A DNA stretch of 42,329 bases, from the NCBI GenBank assembly GCA_001777575.1, contig MFEL01000007.1:1-42329 (forward strand), written 5' to 3'. The stretch comes from Candidatus Doudnabacteria bacterium RIFCSPHIGHO2_01_FULL_46_24. Lineage in GTDB: Bacteria > Patescibacteriota > Doudnabacteria > UBA920 > O2-02-FULL-48-8. Positions 16,423 to 25,762 of the stretch are shown one piece after another (position 1 is the stretch's first letter; every line of letters starts with the position of its first letter). The translations under genes were made by a program, and so were the position numbers. Below the pieces are notes generated by a model. It saw only the letters and a program-made list of their open reading frames with translations, did not search any database and was not told where the DNA came from.

Positions 16423-17181
16423 ATGTTTTTTGCGGTTTTCATCTTTGGCCTGATAATTGGCAGCTTTCTCAATGCTGCCATTTTTCGTTTGCATTCTGGA
16501 GAGGGAATAGTTAGCGGTCGTTCTAAATGCGTGCATTGCGGCCATGTGCTTGAAGCCCGAGATTTAGTGCCGGTCTTAAGCTTTATTTTTTTGCGCGGCC
16601 GGTGCCGTTATTGCAAAGCTCGGATTTCTTGGCAGTATCCAATTGTCGAGTTGATCACGTCGATAGCTTTTATTTTACTTGCGTCGAATTACGAATTACG
16701 AATTACGAATTACGAATTTTGGATTCAAGCATTTTTCATCTGCACTTTCATCATTATTGCAGTTTATGACTATAAGCATTACCTGATTTTGGACAAGGTT
16801 GTTTTTCCCTCACTCGGTTTTGCTTTTGTGTTTGCAGCGGTTAGTGGCCAACAGCCAATTGTTAATAGTCTGTTGGGGGCTCTGGCCATTGCCGGTTTTT
16901 TTGGACTCCAATACCTGCTCTCCAAGGGTCGTTGGATAGGCCTGGGAGACGTAAAATTCGGACTCCTATTTGGAGCGGTGCTCGGGCTCAAATTATCAGT
17001 TGCTGGCCTGTTTTTGGCTTACTTTATTGGAGCCTTGGCAGGTATGGCTTTGTTGGCCCTAAACAGGAAAAAACTTTCCGACAAACTGCCGTTTGGAGTT
17101 TTTTTGTCAACTGCGGCGATAGTTGTTTTACTGTATGGCGAGAAAATCCTCGCTTGGTATGAGAACTTGACAGGGCTATAA
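16423..17181 (+). CDS. pilD: Prepilin peptidase
   Basis: GSFLN, RSKCVHC, GRCRYC, catalytic YD and GLGDVK, LPFG. Confidence 0.95.
   Translation: MFFAVFIFGLIIGSFLNAAIFRLHSGEGIVSGRSKCVHCGHVLEARDLVPVLSFIFLRGRCRYCKARISWQYPIVELITSIAFILLASNYELRITNYEFWIQAFFICTFIIIAVYDYKHYLILDKVVFPSLGFAFVFAAVSGQQPIVNSLLGALAIAGFFGLQYLLSKGRWIGLGDVKFGLLFGAVLGLKLSVAGLFLAYFIGALAGMALLALNRKKLSDKLPFGVFLSTAAIVVLLYGEKILAWYENLTGL
16685..16718. repeat. Perfect heptamer tandem repeat (CGAATTA) x 4.9 inside pilD
   Basis: Read directly; encodes SNYELRITNYEF. Confidence 0.9.
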
Positions 17182-17224
17182 ATAATTGATAACATTGTTT
17201 TAGTAAGCTTAATAATTACAAAAT

Positions 17225-17458
17225 CGTTGATCCTGGGAATAGTAGTCTCGCTTGAAAGAGCGGGGTGAATGGGCCCAGGGGAGATGCTTGGGGCATTAGT
17301 CTCAAGCCGGTTTCCTCCGTAATCAAAGGATAATTGATGTCTGCCGAAAAACGGCACGAGTCAATGAGTAGAAAAACAGGGTGGCAACACGTGAGTTAAA
17401 GACTCTTCGTCCCTTGGCATATCTTTTGATATGCGCAGAGATGAGGAGTTTTTGTTTT
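17225..17458 (+). ncRNA. T-box riboswitch, Trp-specific, short Stem I, transcriptional attenuator
   Basis: AGTA (17241) / GAA (17267) loop-E motif, specifier TGG (17270-17272), T-box AGGGTGGCAACACG (17378-17391) pairing with CGTCCCT (17408-17414), and an alternative terminator 17402-17458 with a U-tract. Confidence 0.85.
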
Positions 17459-17480
17459 GAATTTCACATGGAGGAACACC

Positions 17481-17705
17481 ATGATCGGACAAGACACGAA
17501 AGTGCGCCCATCGGAAGAGGTCCGGCTTACCAGTGGCGGGGTGATTACACCCGTTCAGCTTGCGGAAGCGATCAGGTATCACGCTCAGGCCACAGGGACC
17601 GCACTTGAAGCGGTTACAGCCATGGTTGCCCGCAGCGAGCTGGTGCCGGTGTCGTGGACGAAAGGAGGAGTCATTCTTGTTTACAACAGCCCGAATGGGC
17701 TGTAG
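17481..17705 (+). CDS. 74-aa hypothetical protein, first gene after the T-box
   Basis: SD GGAGG before ATG 17481. Confidence 0.65.
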   Translation: MIGQDTKVRPSEEVRLTSGGVITPVQLAEAIRYHAQATGTALEAVTAMVARSELVPVSWTKGGVILVYNSPNGL

Positions 17706-17786
17706 TGGAAACGCGCCGTAGTGAGCAATCAGGCAATCAGTCTCAAGCCTGTTGCTCACTACCTGGATTTAATTTAAACTTATTTT

Positions 17787-18971
17787 ATGCGATTACGGAA
17801 TAAAAAATATTTTGGCCAGTTTGGCGGTCAGTTTGTGCCGGAAACCTTGATGCAGCCCCTAACCGAGCTAGAAAGAGCTTACGTAAAATTCAAAAAGGAC
17901 AAAAAAACCCAAGCCGAACTCAAATCATTGATTAAGGATTTTGTGGGACGTCCAACGCCTTTATATTTTGCTCAAAAACTTTCAAAAAAACTCGGCCAAA
18001 TAATATATCTTAAGCGCGAGGATTTAACCCATACCGGGGCGCATAAAATAAATAACGCAGCCGGACAGGCGCTACTTGCCAAATTTATGGGCAAGAGGAG
18101 GGTAATTGCCGAGACCGGAGCGGGTCAGCACGGCGTGGCCACAGCCGCTGCGGCGGCAAAGTTGGGGCTGGAATGCGTGGTATACATGGGCAAAGTGGAC
18201 ATGGGGCGCCAGGCGCCGAATGTTTTGAGAATGAAATTATTGGGCGCCAAAGTCGTGCCAGTAGCCAGTGGCAGCCAAACCTTAAAGGACGCGATTAACG
18301 AAGCCCTTCGCGATTGGATTGCCAATGTCAGCACCACTCATTACTTGCTCGGATCGGTATTGGGCCCTTATCCATATCCCGCCATGGTCCGGGATTTTCA
18401 AAAAATTATCGGACAGGAAGCCAGAAAACAAATTTTGCAGGCCGAAGGCCGGCTGCCGGATTATTTAGTGGCCTGTGTCGGCGGCGGGAGCAATGCATTG
18501 GGCTTGTTCCATGATTTTTTGCCGGATAAAAAAGTCCAAATGATAGGAGTTGAGGCAGGCGGATTGGGAATCAAGTCAGGCAAACATGCGGCCAGATTTT
18601 TCGGCGGCAAGCTTGGGGTTTTGCACGGCACCAAATCCTACGTGCTGCAGGATAAATTTGGCCAGATTTTGACCACCCACAGCATTTCAGCGGGGCTTGA
18701 TTATCCGAGCGTCGGGCCGGAACACAGCTTTTTACGCCAGCAAAAAAGAATCAGTTATGCATATATTACCGACAGGGAAGCTCTCGCCGGGCTTAAATTG
18801 TTGTCACAGCAAGAAGGAATTATCCCAGCTCTTGAGTCGGCGCACGCGGTCGCTTATGCTTCGAAACTGGCAAAAAAAATTTTCCACGGCAAATTAATTA
18901 TTATCAATCTTTCAGGCCGGGGGGATAAGGACTTGGAAGCCATCAGAGATTTAGGAGTGATTCATGGATAG
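17787..18971 (+). CDS. trpB: Tryptophan synthase beta chain
   Basis: HTGAHKINN (PLP lysine), [31 protein letters not shown]. Confidence 0.98.
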   Translation: MRLRNKKYFGQFGGQFVPETLMQPLTELERAYVKFKKDKKTQAELKSLIKDFVGRPTPLYFAQKLSKKLGQIIYLKREDLTHTGAHKINNAAGQALLAKFMGKRRVIAETGAGQHGVATAAAAAKLGLECVVYMGKVDMGRQAPNVLRMKLLGAKVVPVASGSQTLKDAINEALRDWIANVSTTHYLLGSVLGPYPYPAMVRDFQKIIGQEARKQILQAEGRLPDYLVACVGGGSNALGLFHDFLPDKKVQMIGVEAGGLGIKSGKHAARFFGGKLGVLHGTKSYVLQDKFGQILTTHSISAGLDYPSVGPEHSFLRQQKRISYAYITDREALAGLKLLSQQEGIIPALESAHAVAYASKLAKKIFHGKLIIINLSGRGDKDLEAIRDLGVIHG

Positions 18972-19740
18972 GATCGGTAAGTGTTTCAAAGAATTGCGCA
19001 GGCAGAAAAAGATGGCATTTATGCCTTTTGTCGTAGCCGGAGATCCTGATTATAAAACTAGCCTAAAAATTGTCCGCGAGCTGGTAAAAAACGCTGATTT
19101 TTTGGAACTGGGATTTCCCTACTCCGATCCTCTGGCTGACGGGCCGGTGATTCAGCGCGCGGACATGCGGGCATTGGCTTCGGGAATGAATTCCGACAGG
19201 GTGTTTAGGCTGATAAGCAAAATCAGAGTTTTTAGCGACATCCCGATTACAGTTTTAGCTTATGCCAATTTAGTTTACCGGCGGGGAGTTGATAAATTTT
19301 ACCGGGATGCCGGTAGGGCTGGAATTGACGCAGTTCTGGTTCCTGACCTGCCGGTGGAAGAGTCAGACAAATTTGTGAAGGCCGCCAAGAAATACGGCAT
19401 TGATTCGATTTTTTTGGTTGCCCAGACCACGACCAAAGCGAGGATGAAAAAAATCCTGAAGCAGGCATCAGGGTATCTTTATTTGGTTTCTATTCTGGGA
19501 GTTACCGGGATCCGAAAAGACATCGCCCCAGAAACTCTGGGCCTGATCAGGCAGCTTAAGAAATTAAGCAAGCTTCCGGTTGTGGTAGGGTTTGGCGTTT
19601 CCAATGCCAGGCAAATAAAGATTTTGAGAAAAGCCAAAGCGGACGGCGTGATCGTGGGCAGCGCCATAGTAAAGGTAATTGAAAAGTATAAGAGGAATCC
19701 ATCGAGAGCTATTAAGGAATTTATTAAAGGCTTGAATTAA
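18964..19740 (+). CDS. trpA: Tryptophan synthase alpha chain
   Basis: [18 protein letters not shown] (catalytic E and D intact), GVTG, VGFG, IVGSA. Confidence 0.97.
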   Translation: MDRIGKCFKELRRQKKMAFMPFVVAGDPDYKTSLKIVRELVKNADFLELGFPYSDPLADGPVIQRADMRALASGMNSDRVFRLISKIRVFSDIPITVLAYANLVYRRGVDKFYRDAGRAGIDAVLVPDLPVEESDKFVKAAKKYGIDSIFLVAQTTTKARMKKILKQASGYLYLVSILGVTGIRKDIAPETLGLIRQLKKLSKLPVVVGFGVSNARQIKILRKAKADGVIVGSAIVKVIEKYKRNPSRAIKEFIKGLN

Positions 19741-19822
19741 AATTAGCATAAGCTTGGTCAATCGCCTGGATTGCCTCCCGGTTTTGTGCTATAATGGGGA
19801 AAATTTAGATTTCCGAAACCAA

Positions 19823-20278
19823 ATGAATAAAAAAACAGTATTTGCCACAATTGTCATACTTTTAATCGTCGTTGCCACGTGGTTCTGGTGGCAGGGCCAG
19901 GCCGCGGTTAAGGCTTATGAATTTGCCGGCCGGATTGAGAAAGTTGAAGGCCCGGTTATTTTTACCAAAGGCGTGTATGAAAACGCGCAAAACCCCAAGG
20001 GCTTAACTTTAGCCGAAGAGGATAAGCAGATTGTGGTCGGGGAGGACACCAAGCTGATTAAGATCACGCAATTTATGCCGACGGCGGCGGAATTGGAACA
20101 AAGCGGCGGCCAGTACCGGCCGCAAGATTTGAGGAGCGAACAGTCAGCGGGGTCACTGGATGATTTGGCGCAAGGCCTGACTGACGGCGTGTTTGCCAAA
20201 TCCGACCGCAATATTTATGGGCAATCAAAATTTGTCGCCACAGAAATAACTTATTACGTCCGGGAGTATCCGCAGTAA
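19823..20278 (+). CDS. Membrane-anchored beta-rich protein (DUF5666-like pattern)
   Basis: N-terminal TM; V..DTK...DL..G..V...ATEI pattern, similar to 28157-28534. Confidence 0.6.
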   Translation: MNKKTVFATIVILLIVVATWFWWQGQAAVKAYEFAGRIEKVEGPVIFTKGVYENAQNPKGLTLAEEDKQIVVGEDTKLIKITQFMPTAAELEQSGGQYRPQDLRSEQSAGSLDDLAQGLTDGVFAKSDRNIYGQSKFVATEITYYVREYPQ

Positions 20279-20379
20279 GCGCGCGGGGGAGTGAAGAACA
20301 AAGCGGAAGCTGTCTTTAGCTTCCGTTTTTTGTTATAGTATTTTTTATTCCCAATTGATGGTTTGAGCAGGCATGATTT

Positions 20380-20775
20380 TTATATTCTGTTTAAGATGGC
20401 CTGGTTGAAATTTTTGAGCACTGGCTTGAAGTCCGCGTATTGCCTGGCGGTTTGCTCTTCAAAATCCAGCCGCAGATTGGAATCGGATTCAAAAATCACC
20501 CGGCCGTGAGAAATCACGTCGAAGCGCAACTCCAGGGGCGAGCGTTGCAACGGCACGATGTCCAGTTTTTTGCCCGGAAAAACCTGGGTGAGAATGTCGT
20601 ATAAGTTCGTATAGAGCTGCACGAAGTCCTTTGAATCCGATTCAGGGTGCATCAAAATCGCGAGGTCTATGTCGCTTTCAGGTTGGGTCAGAGCTTCAGC
20701 CGTTGATCCAAAAACGTAAACAGCCGCCGCGCCCAAATTTTTAAGTTGTCCGGCAAGTTCTTTTTTCATTTCCAT
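20380..20775 (-). CDS. Minimal nucleotidyltransferase (MNT/MntA-type antitoxin)
   Basis: VYVFGSTA...SDIDLAI, LDIVPL, GRVIF. Confidence 0.9.
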   Translation of the reverse strand: MEMKKELAGQLKNLGAAAVYVFGSTAEALTQPESDIDLAILMHPESDSKDFVQLYTNLYDILTQVFPGKKLDIVPLQRSPLELRFDVISHGRVIFESDSNLRLDFEEQTARQYADFKPVLKNFNQAILNRI

Positions 20776-20784
20776 GCAGTCAGT

Positions 20785-20965
20785 ATACCCCGCCTATTGA
20801 CTTTTTTCAAATAGTGATATAATATATCTAATCTCAAGAAACGGCATGTTCTTTCCTCCGGCTGCACGCCGGAGCAATCCATAGGAGGGCGCCATGCGCC
20901 ACACAACTTCGTTGTTCGTTCGTTCGTTCGTTGTGGCGCTTGGCATCATGTTTGCAAGCGCCTGT
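20785..20965 (+). repeat. Direct repeat copy 1 (promoter, UTR, SD and signal peptide); copy 2 at about 21859-22041
   Basis: Near-identical ATACCCCGCCTATTGACTTTTTTCAAATA.TGATATAATATATC ... AGGAGGGCGCCATGCGCC ... TTTGCAAGCGCCTG. Confidence 0.9.
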
Positions 20966-21430
20966 GAGACACAGGGGCCCGCTGCTCCGACGCCAAACCC
21001 AAACCCAAACCCTGGCCCGCCTCCCGGAGATAGCGTCCGCGCCAGCATCGGCGCCTTGGTAGGGATCTGGGACGGCAGTCCCGCACTCCACGGGGGGGTG
21101 TCCACTCTCTTGACCCCGGCTGAGGATGGATGCTACTATGGAGTGCAACAGCAAGGAGCGATTGATTTACCTGTAGTTCATCCTAGAGTGAAAGGGCGGT
21201 GGATCAAGCTCACACAACTCAGGGACCAGTTCGGGGGACAGGTCGTGATGAGTGAAAGAGTCTATCCTGATGAGAGTGCTATTGTCGGTGGGATCGGGTG
21301 GTACGGCGGTTTTATCGTTTTTCCGGATCGTCCTGGGACCATGGCCCATTACTTCCGTCTTGAAGAAGGGGGGGCAGATCTTCCAACTCCCACTCGAGAA
21401 GAACGGACCTACTGCATTGGCCGGCGGTAG
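20894..21430 (+). CDS. Putative lipoprotein, paralog 1
   Basis: Lipobox-like FASAC, Pro-rich linker, C-terminal domain shared with 21971-22696. Confidence 0.8.
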   Translation: MRHTTSLFVRSFVVALGIMFASACETQGPAAPTPNPNPNPGPPPGDSVRASIGALVGIWDGSPALHGGVSTLLTPAEDGCYYGVQQQGAIDLPVVHPRVKGRWIKLTQLRDQFGGQVVMSERVYPDESAIVGGIGWYGGFIVFPDRPGTMAHYFRLEEGGADLPTPTREERTYCIGRR

Positions 21431-21499
21431 AAGCGCGCGCAAACAAGAATCAGGCACGGTTTGGGACGGCGTGTTCCCAACCTTGCCTGATTCGTTTTT

Positions 21500-21822
21500 T
21501 TATGCTGTTACTATTCGAGAAATTGCCGGAGATAAAAAAAATTCGAAACCGCTGTTTCACCGGATTAAGTGATAAATTATGGCGTTAGTGTCAAGGACGA
21601 GCATATTGCGGCTTCAAAAAGCGCGGTCCCATTCCCGGCGTATTTTTTTTGCCATTTGGCGGCGTCAGGTATCCGTTTGCCTTTCCATAATCCGCCCAAA
21701 CTCCGCCAAGCCAGTAAAGCGTTGGCCTGGTTTAGTTCATGCCAGGTTATTCGGTACTTTTTGAGAACCGAATTAACGGCAGTTTTGGCTTGCGTTAAAT
21801 TTTGGATTTTATTCAGCGCCAT
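21500..21822 (-). pseudogene. Decayed vapBC-type toxin-antitoxin pair
   Basis: The antitoxin-like ORF would end QKKIRREWDRAF* with one more A in an A8 run. It is followed by MLVLDTNAIIYHL (PIN start, ATG 21604), frameshifted and truncated. Confidence 0.65.
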
Positions 21823-21970
21823 AAATTCCCATTAATAAATAATAGTAATCCAGTTATTATACCCCGCCTATTGACTTTTTTCAAATAATGATATAATATA
21901 TCCATTCTCAAGAAACAGTCAGTTCTTCCTCCTCGGCAAGCCCGGGGAGCCAATCTACAAGGAGGGCGCC

Positions 21971-22696
21971 ATGCGCCGCACAACTTCATTGTTCGCCCGT
22001 TCGTTCGTTGTGGCGCTTGGCATCGTGTTTGCAAGCGCCTGCGGCGGGAATGGTCCCATCGCTCCCAGCCTCACTGTCTCCCCTTCGTCGGCCCAGGTCC
22101 AGATCGGAACGGCCACGACACTGACGGCGAGCCAGAGTGGTACGTGGTCAGTCACTCCAGCCAACTGCGGCAGCATTACTCCGGGCAACGGCGACCGCGT
22201 CGAGTTTCGTGGGCTGGCTCTCGGCACGTGCACGGCCAGGGTCAGCGCCTCTGGCCAGGATGCGACCTCGGTCATCACTGTGACCGCAGGTCCACCCGAG
22301 CCGGAACGCGCCCGCATCCTGGCACTCGAGTACCTCAAGCAGGGTGATCCAGACTGCCGAGGGGACGCATGTCCGCCTGGTCCGGTCAAGGATTTGCTGC
22401 CCGATGAGAACGGCTGCTACACGGCCGAGGTCGGGCAGGGAGTGATCAAGCTCCCGGTCTCGCACCCGGCCAAGCCCGGGCGGTGGCTCAGGCTACGCAA
22501 TAACATTCTCGGATTCGTGAGGACAACGGAGTATCCTGACGAATCCAAGATCGTCGGCGGGATCGGCTGGAACACCGGGATCTTCTTCCCCAATGTGGGG
22601 GAAGTCCGAACCTTGCGGTTCGAGCTCGAGGAAGGCGGCGGAGATTTGCCGAGCAACACTCTCGACGTCCGAGAGTACAAGCTCTGCCGCAAATAG
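21971..22696 (+). CDS. Putative lipoprotein with an Ig-like domain, paralog 2
   Basis: FASAC lipobox; LTVSPSSAQVQIG...TWSV...ITVT Ig-like module; shared C-terminal domain. Confidence 0.82.
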   Translation: MRRTTSLFARSFVVALGIVFASACGGNGPIAPSLTVSPSSAQVQIGTATTLTASQSGTWSVTPANCGSITPGNGDRVEFRGLALGTCTARVSASGQDATSVITVTAGPPEPERARILALEYLKQGDPDCRGDACPPGPVKDLLPDENGCYTAEVGQGVIKLPVSHPAKPGRWLRLRNNILGFVRTTEYPDESKIVGGIGWNTGIFFPNVGEVRTLRFELEEGGGDLPSNTLDVREYKLCRK

Positions 22697-22807
22697 TGGC
22701 GCAAGCAAACAAAGATCAGGCACTGACAGGACTGAACACCCGCAGTTGCCTGGTTTTTGTTTTTGTGCTATAATATATATACGAAAAATACCGATTATAG
22801 AAATAAA

Positions 22808-25762
22808 ATGCTAAACAAAATTTGGATTATAATTGCAGTTTCAGTGGGATTGCTGTTTTTTATTTTATCAGGACAAGTTTCTGCAGGTCCTAGGACCGAT
22901 GACCCTTATCCTGGCGACGATGAGGTTACGGAAAACCCGCAATCGCCAACCGAAGATGTGACTTTTTCCATTTATTGCAAATCCGGCGGCGCATTTGGCG
23001 CGGGCCTTAAGAATTGCTATGGCAGCGGGCGCATTGGCATTGGCCAGATGTGGCGATTTGAGGCTGGAGTGGAAGCTGTGGACCCCACCGGCGGAGACGG
23101 CGACAGGGTGGCAGTGGTGGATGTGTGCATTAACAATACTGGCGTGCATAATTCCGGCAATGGTTATTGCTGGGCTCTGCCATATAATAGGGATTATAAA
23201 GAACCTATACCAAAAGATGATTTTGCCACCTACCGATATCTGGCCGCCACGGTCGTGGTGAAGGGGAGTGCCTTTAATGACCACTGGCATCAGCATCGGT
23301 TCTGGGGCTATGGCCGCAGCTCGGAAAGTTCCTTGAATGTGGCAGTTAATCCTGCCAGCGTTGAATTCGGCCAGACTGCCACAGTGTCGTGGAGCGCCAG
23401 ATTTGGCAAAAATCCTTTGATGTTTGTGGGCGATGGCCGGGAACCTATCACGCCTGCCAATGATTCCAGTTTCGAACCGGCCTATTCAGATTCAGTTTTT
23501 TCCGGCGACTGGGTCTATACCGCTGACCGCATTACGGGCGAGGTCGGCTTTACTTATAAATTCACAGGCATCAACAATGCCGGCGTGGAAGCCGATTTTG
23601 AGCTGGGTGTGCCGCTTATGGTAACGCAGCCCCCGCCCGCGCCGCCGCGCGAGTTTCCCTTAACCGTCTCCAAATCCGGCACCGGCTTGGGCACCGTGAC
23701 CTCCTCGCCCGTGGGTATCACCTGCGGCTCGGACTGTTTAGAAAATTACACTGACGGCGCCAACGTGAGTTTGACGGCCAATCCGGCCGGCGGCTCGGAA
23801 TTTATCCGCTGGTCCGGCGACTGCGCCGGCTCCGGCAGCTGCAGTGTGACCATGACTTCCAGCCGCAACGTCACCGCGGTCTTCAATACACTCCCGCCCG
23901 GGGCGAAAACGCTTTCCTTGTCCAAATCCGGCACCGGCTCAGGCACGGTGACTTCTTCGCCCGCAGCCATCAACTGCGGCAGCGGTTGCAGCTCTGACTC
24001 TGCTGATTTCAGCAGCGGCACTGAAGTTAGTTTGTTTGCCAACCCGGCCGTCGGCTCCGAATTTATCCGCTGGTCCGGCGACTGCGCCGGCTCCGGCAGC
24101 TGCAGTGTGACCATGTCTTCCGACCAAAGCGTGACCGCAGTTTTTAATTTGCTGCCCGCCGGCACATATAATCTCTCCGTCTCCAAAACCGGAACAGGTT
24201 CCGGTACGATTTCGGGACCCGGCATTAATTGCGGCTCCGACTGCTCGGAAAGTTATACTGACGGCACCAACGTGAATTTGACGGCCAATCCGGCCGGCGA
24301 CTCGGAATTTGTGAGATGGTCAGGCGACTGCACTTCAGCCAACCCCAACAATTGTTCCGTGAGGATGGACCGCTTCCGCAGTGTGACAGCCGAGTTTCGA
24401 AGGAGAGCCGGCCTCTCCCAGCCCAGCTGCAATTATGCCGAGCCGCAGTCGCCCACTACTGCCAATTATTCCGGTACATTCAATGCCTACGCTTATGGCG
24501 TCTTAAATGCCACCTCGGTATATTTCCCAACCTGGTCCGGCGGATTTGATGACCGCGATGACCTGATCTGGTATCCGGGCACGAACTTGGGCAGCGGCAC
24601 CTGGCGAGCGGACATCAATCTGGCTTCCCACAGCGGCCAGCCGCCCTTTACCATGAATGTGCACGTGTACATGAATAACGCATCTTTCAGCAACATCTGG
24701 TGTGATGACGCCAATTTTACGCGCACCACCCTCAACGATCCGATTACTTTCACCATCACTTACACCCAGCGGGCAGGGACGCTGCAGGTTGATTCCTCCA
24801 TTGCAGCCTCTTGGAATATTTCCGGAGTGGGGGACCGGAGCGGCACTCAAAGTTCAGACCTCGTTTCCCCCGGCTCCTACACAATCACGCCCACGCCGCA
24901 GACTGATTACAATTTCTCAGTCAGCCCCAATCCGGCCACGGTAAATGCCAACCAAACCACAATCGTAAACATCACCTGGACAGCGGCTCCCTTAGGCGAC
25001 CCAACCGGACTTTCAGCTGATCCGTCAGTATGCAAAAACATCGCGTTGAGCTGGAGCGATAATGCTCAGGGCGAGAGTGGCTATATCATTTACCGCGCAA
25101 CTTCTTCCCTGCCCGCCGATCCTGATGTCTCTTTTGAACTTACCAGGATTCCGGCCAACCGCATAAGCTACACTGATTCTACAGGCTCGGAAAATACCAC
25201 TTATTATTACCGTGTCCGCGCTTATAAGAACAATCCGGCTATAGCCTCCAACGCTTCCAATGAAGCTTCAGCTTTGGTGCGCCCCTGCGTTGCCAACATC
25301 AGCAATTCCACCAAAGCCCTGCTCAGTCCCGCGAATCCTGACCTGATCAGTGACGGCAATACAGTTACTTTCCGCATCACCATTGTCAATTCTGCGGTCG
25401 CCACTGCCGCGGCTGACATCCGCTACATCACCGACACTTACACTGCCAACTGGCAAAATCCGCGCGTGATTAATGTTTCCGGCGGGTTAAGCTGTGTGCC
25501 TAACTTGGCTTCCTGCCTTTCTGGTTCAACCATCAATGTCCAGGGCCAGATTGATCCCGGCCAAAACGCGGTGGTGGATATTCAGGGCACAGTCAACTTC
25601 AGCGGCAACAGCAACTATGACAGCCTAGCCAATACCGCTCAAATTTTTTACCGCGATGTCGGCGGCGACGGTAGTGTCAAAAGTATCATCAAGAAAGCCG
25701 GGCCGTATCTGGTAAAGACCGGCAATCCGCGCGTGCCGCAATTTAGAGAAGTAGCGCCATGA
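22808..25762 (+). CDS. Large secreted repeat protein / adhesin
   Basis: Signal peptide; three divergent InlB-B-like repeats (LTVSKSGTG.GTV...F.RWSGDC...VTA.F); a GBS Bsp-like repeat (YFPTWS...D.LIWY); FN3 (LSWSDNA...YYYRVRAY); DUF11-like C-terminal region. Confidence 0.85.
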   Translation: MLNKIWIIIAVSVGLLFFILSGQVSAGPRTDDPYPGDDEVTENPQSPTEDVTFSIYCKSGGAFGAGLKNCYGSGRIGIGQMWRFEAGVEAVDPTGGDGDRVAVVDVCINNTGVHNSGNGYCWALPYNRDYKEPIPKDDFATYRYLAATVVVKGSAFNDHWHQHRFWGYGRSSESSLNVAVNPASVEFGQTATVSWSARFGKNPLMFVGDGREPITPANDSSFEPAYSDSVFSGDWVYTADRITGEVGFTYKFTGINNAGVEADFELGVPLMVTQPPPAPPREFPLTVSKSGTGLGTVTSSPVGITCGSDCLENYTDGANVSLTANPAGGSEFIRWSGDCAGSGSCSVTMTSSRNVTAVFNTLPPGAKTLSLSKSGTGSGTVTSSPAAINCGSGCSSDSADFSSGTEVSLFANPAVGSEFIRWSGDCAGSGSCSVTMSSDQSVTAVFNLLPAGTYNLSVSKTGTGSGTISGPGINCGSDCSESYTDGTNVNLTANPAGDSEFVRWSGDCTSANPNNCSVRMDRFRSVTAEFRRRAGLSQPSCNYAEPQSPTTANYSGTFNAYAYGVLNATSVYFPTWSGGFDDRDDLIWYPGTNLGSGTWRADINLASHSGQPPFTMNVHVYMNNASFSNIWCDDANFTRTTLNDPITFTITYTQRAGTLQVDSSIAASWNISGVGDRSGTQSSDLVSPGSYTITPTPQTDYNFSVSPNPATVNANQTTIVNITWTAAPLGDPTGLSADPSVCKNIALSWSDNAQGESGYIIYRATSSLPADPDVSFELTRIPANRISYTDSTGSENTTYYYRVRAYKNNPAIASNASNEASALVRPCVANISNSTKALLSPANPDLISDGNTVTFRITIVNSAVATAAADIRYITDTYTANWQNPRVINVSGGLSCVPNLASCLSGSTINVQGQIDPGQNAVVDIQGTVNFSGNSNYDSLANTAQIFYRDVGGDGSVKSIIKKAGPYLVKTGNPRVPQFREVAP

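Noticed and set aside
17298-17749. 11-nt direct repeat AGTCTCAAGCC flanking the 74-aa ORF as an insertion scar
   Set aside because: The first copy is part of T-box Stem II, upstream of the antiterminator, so it does not bound the ORF; too short to support a claim.
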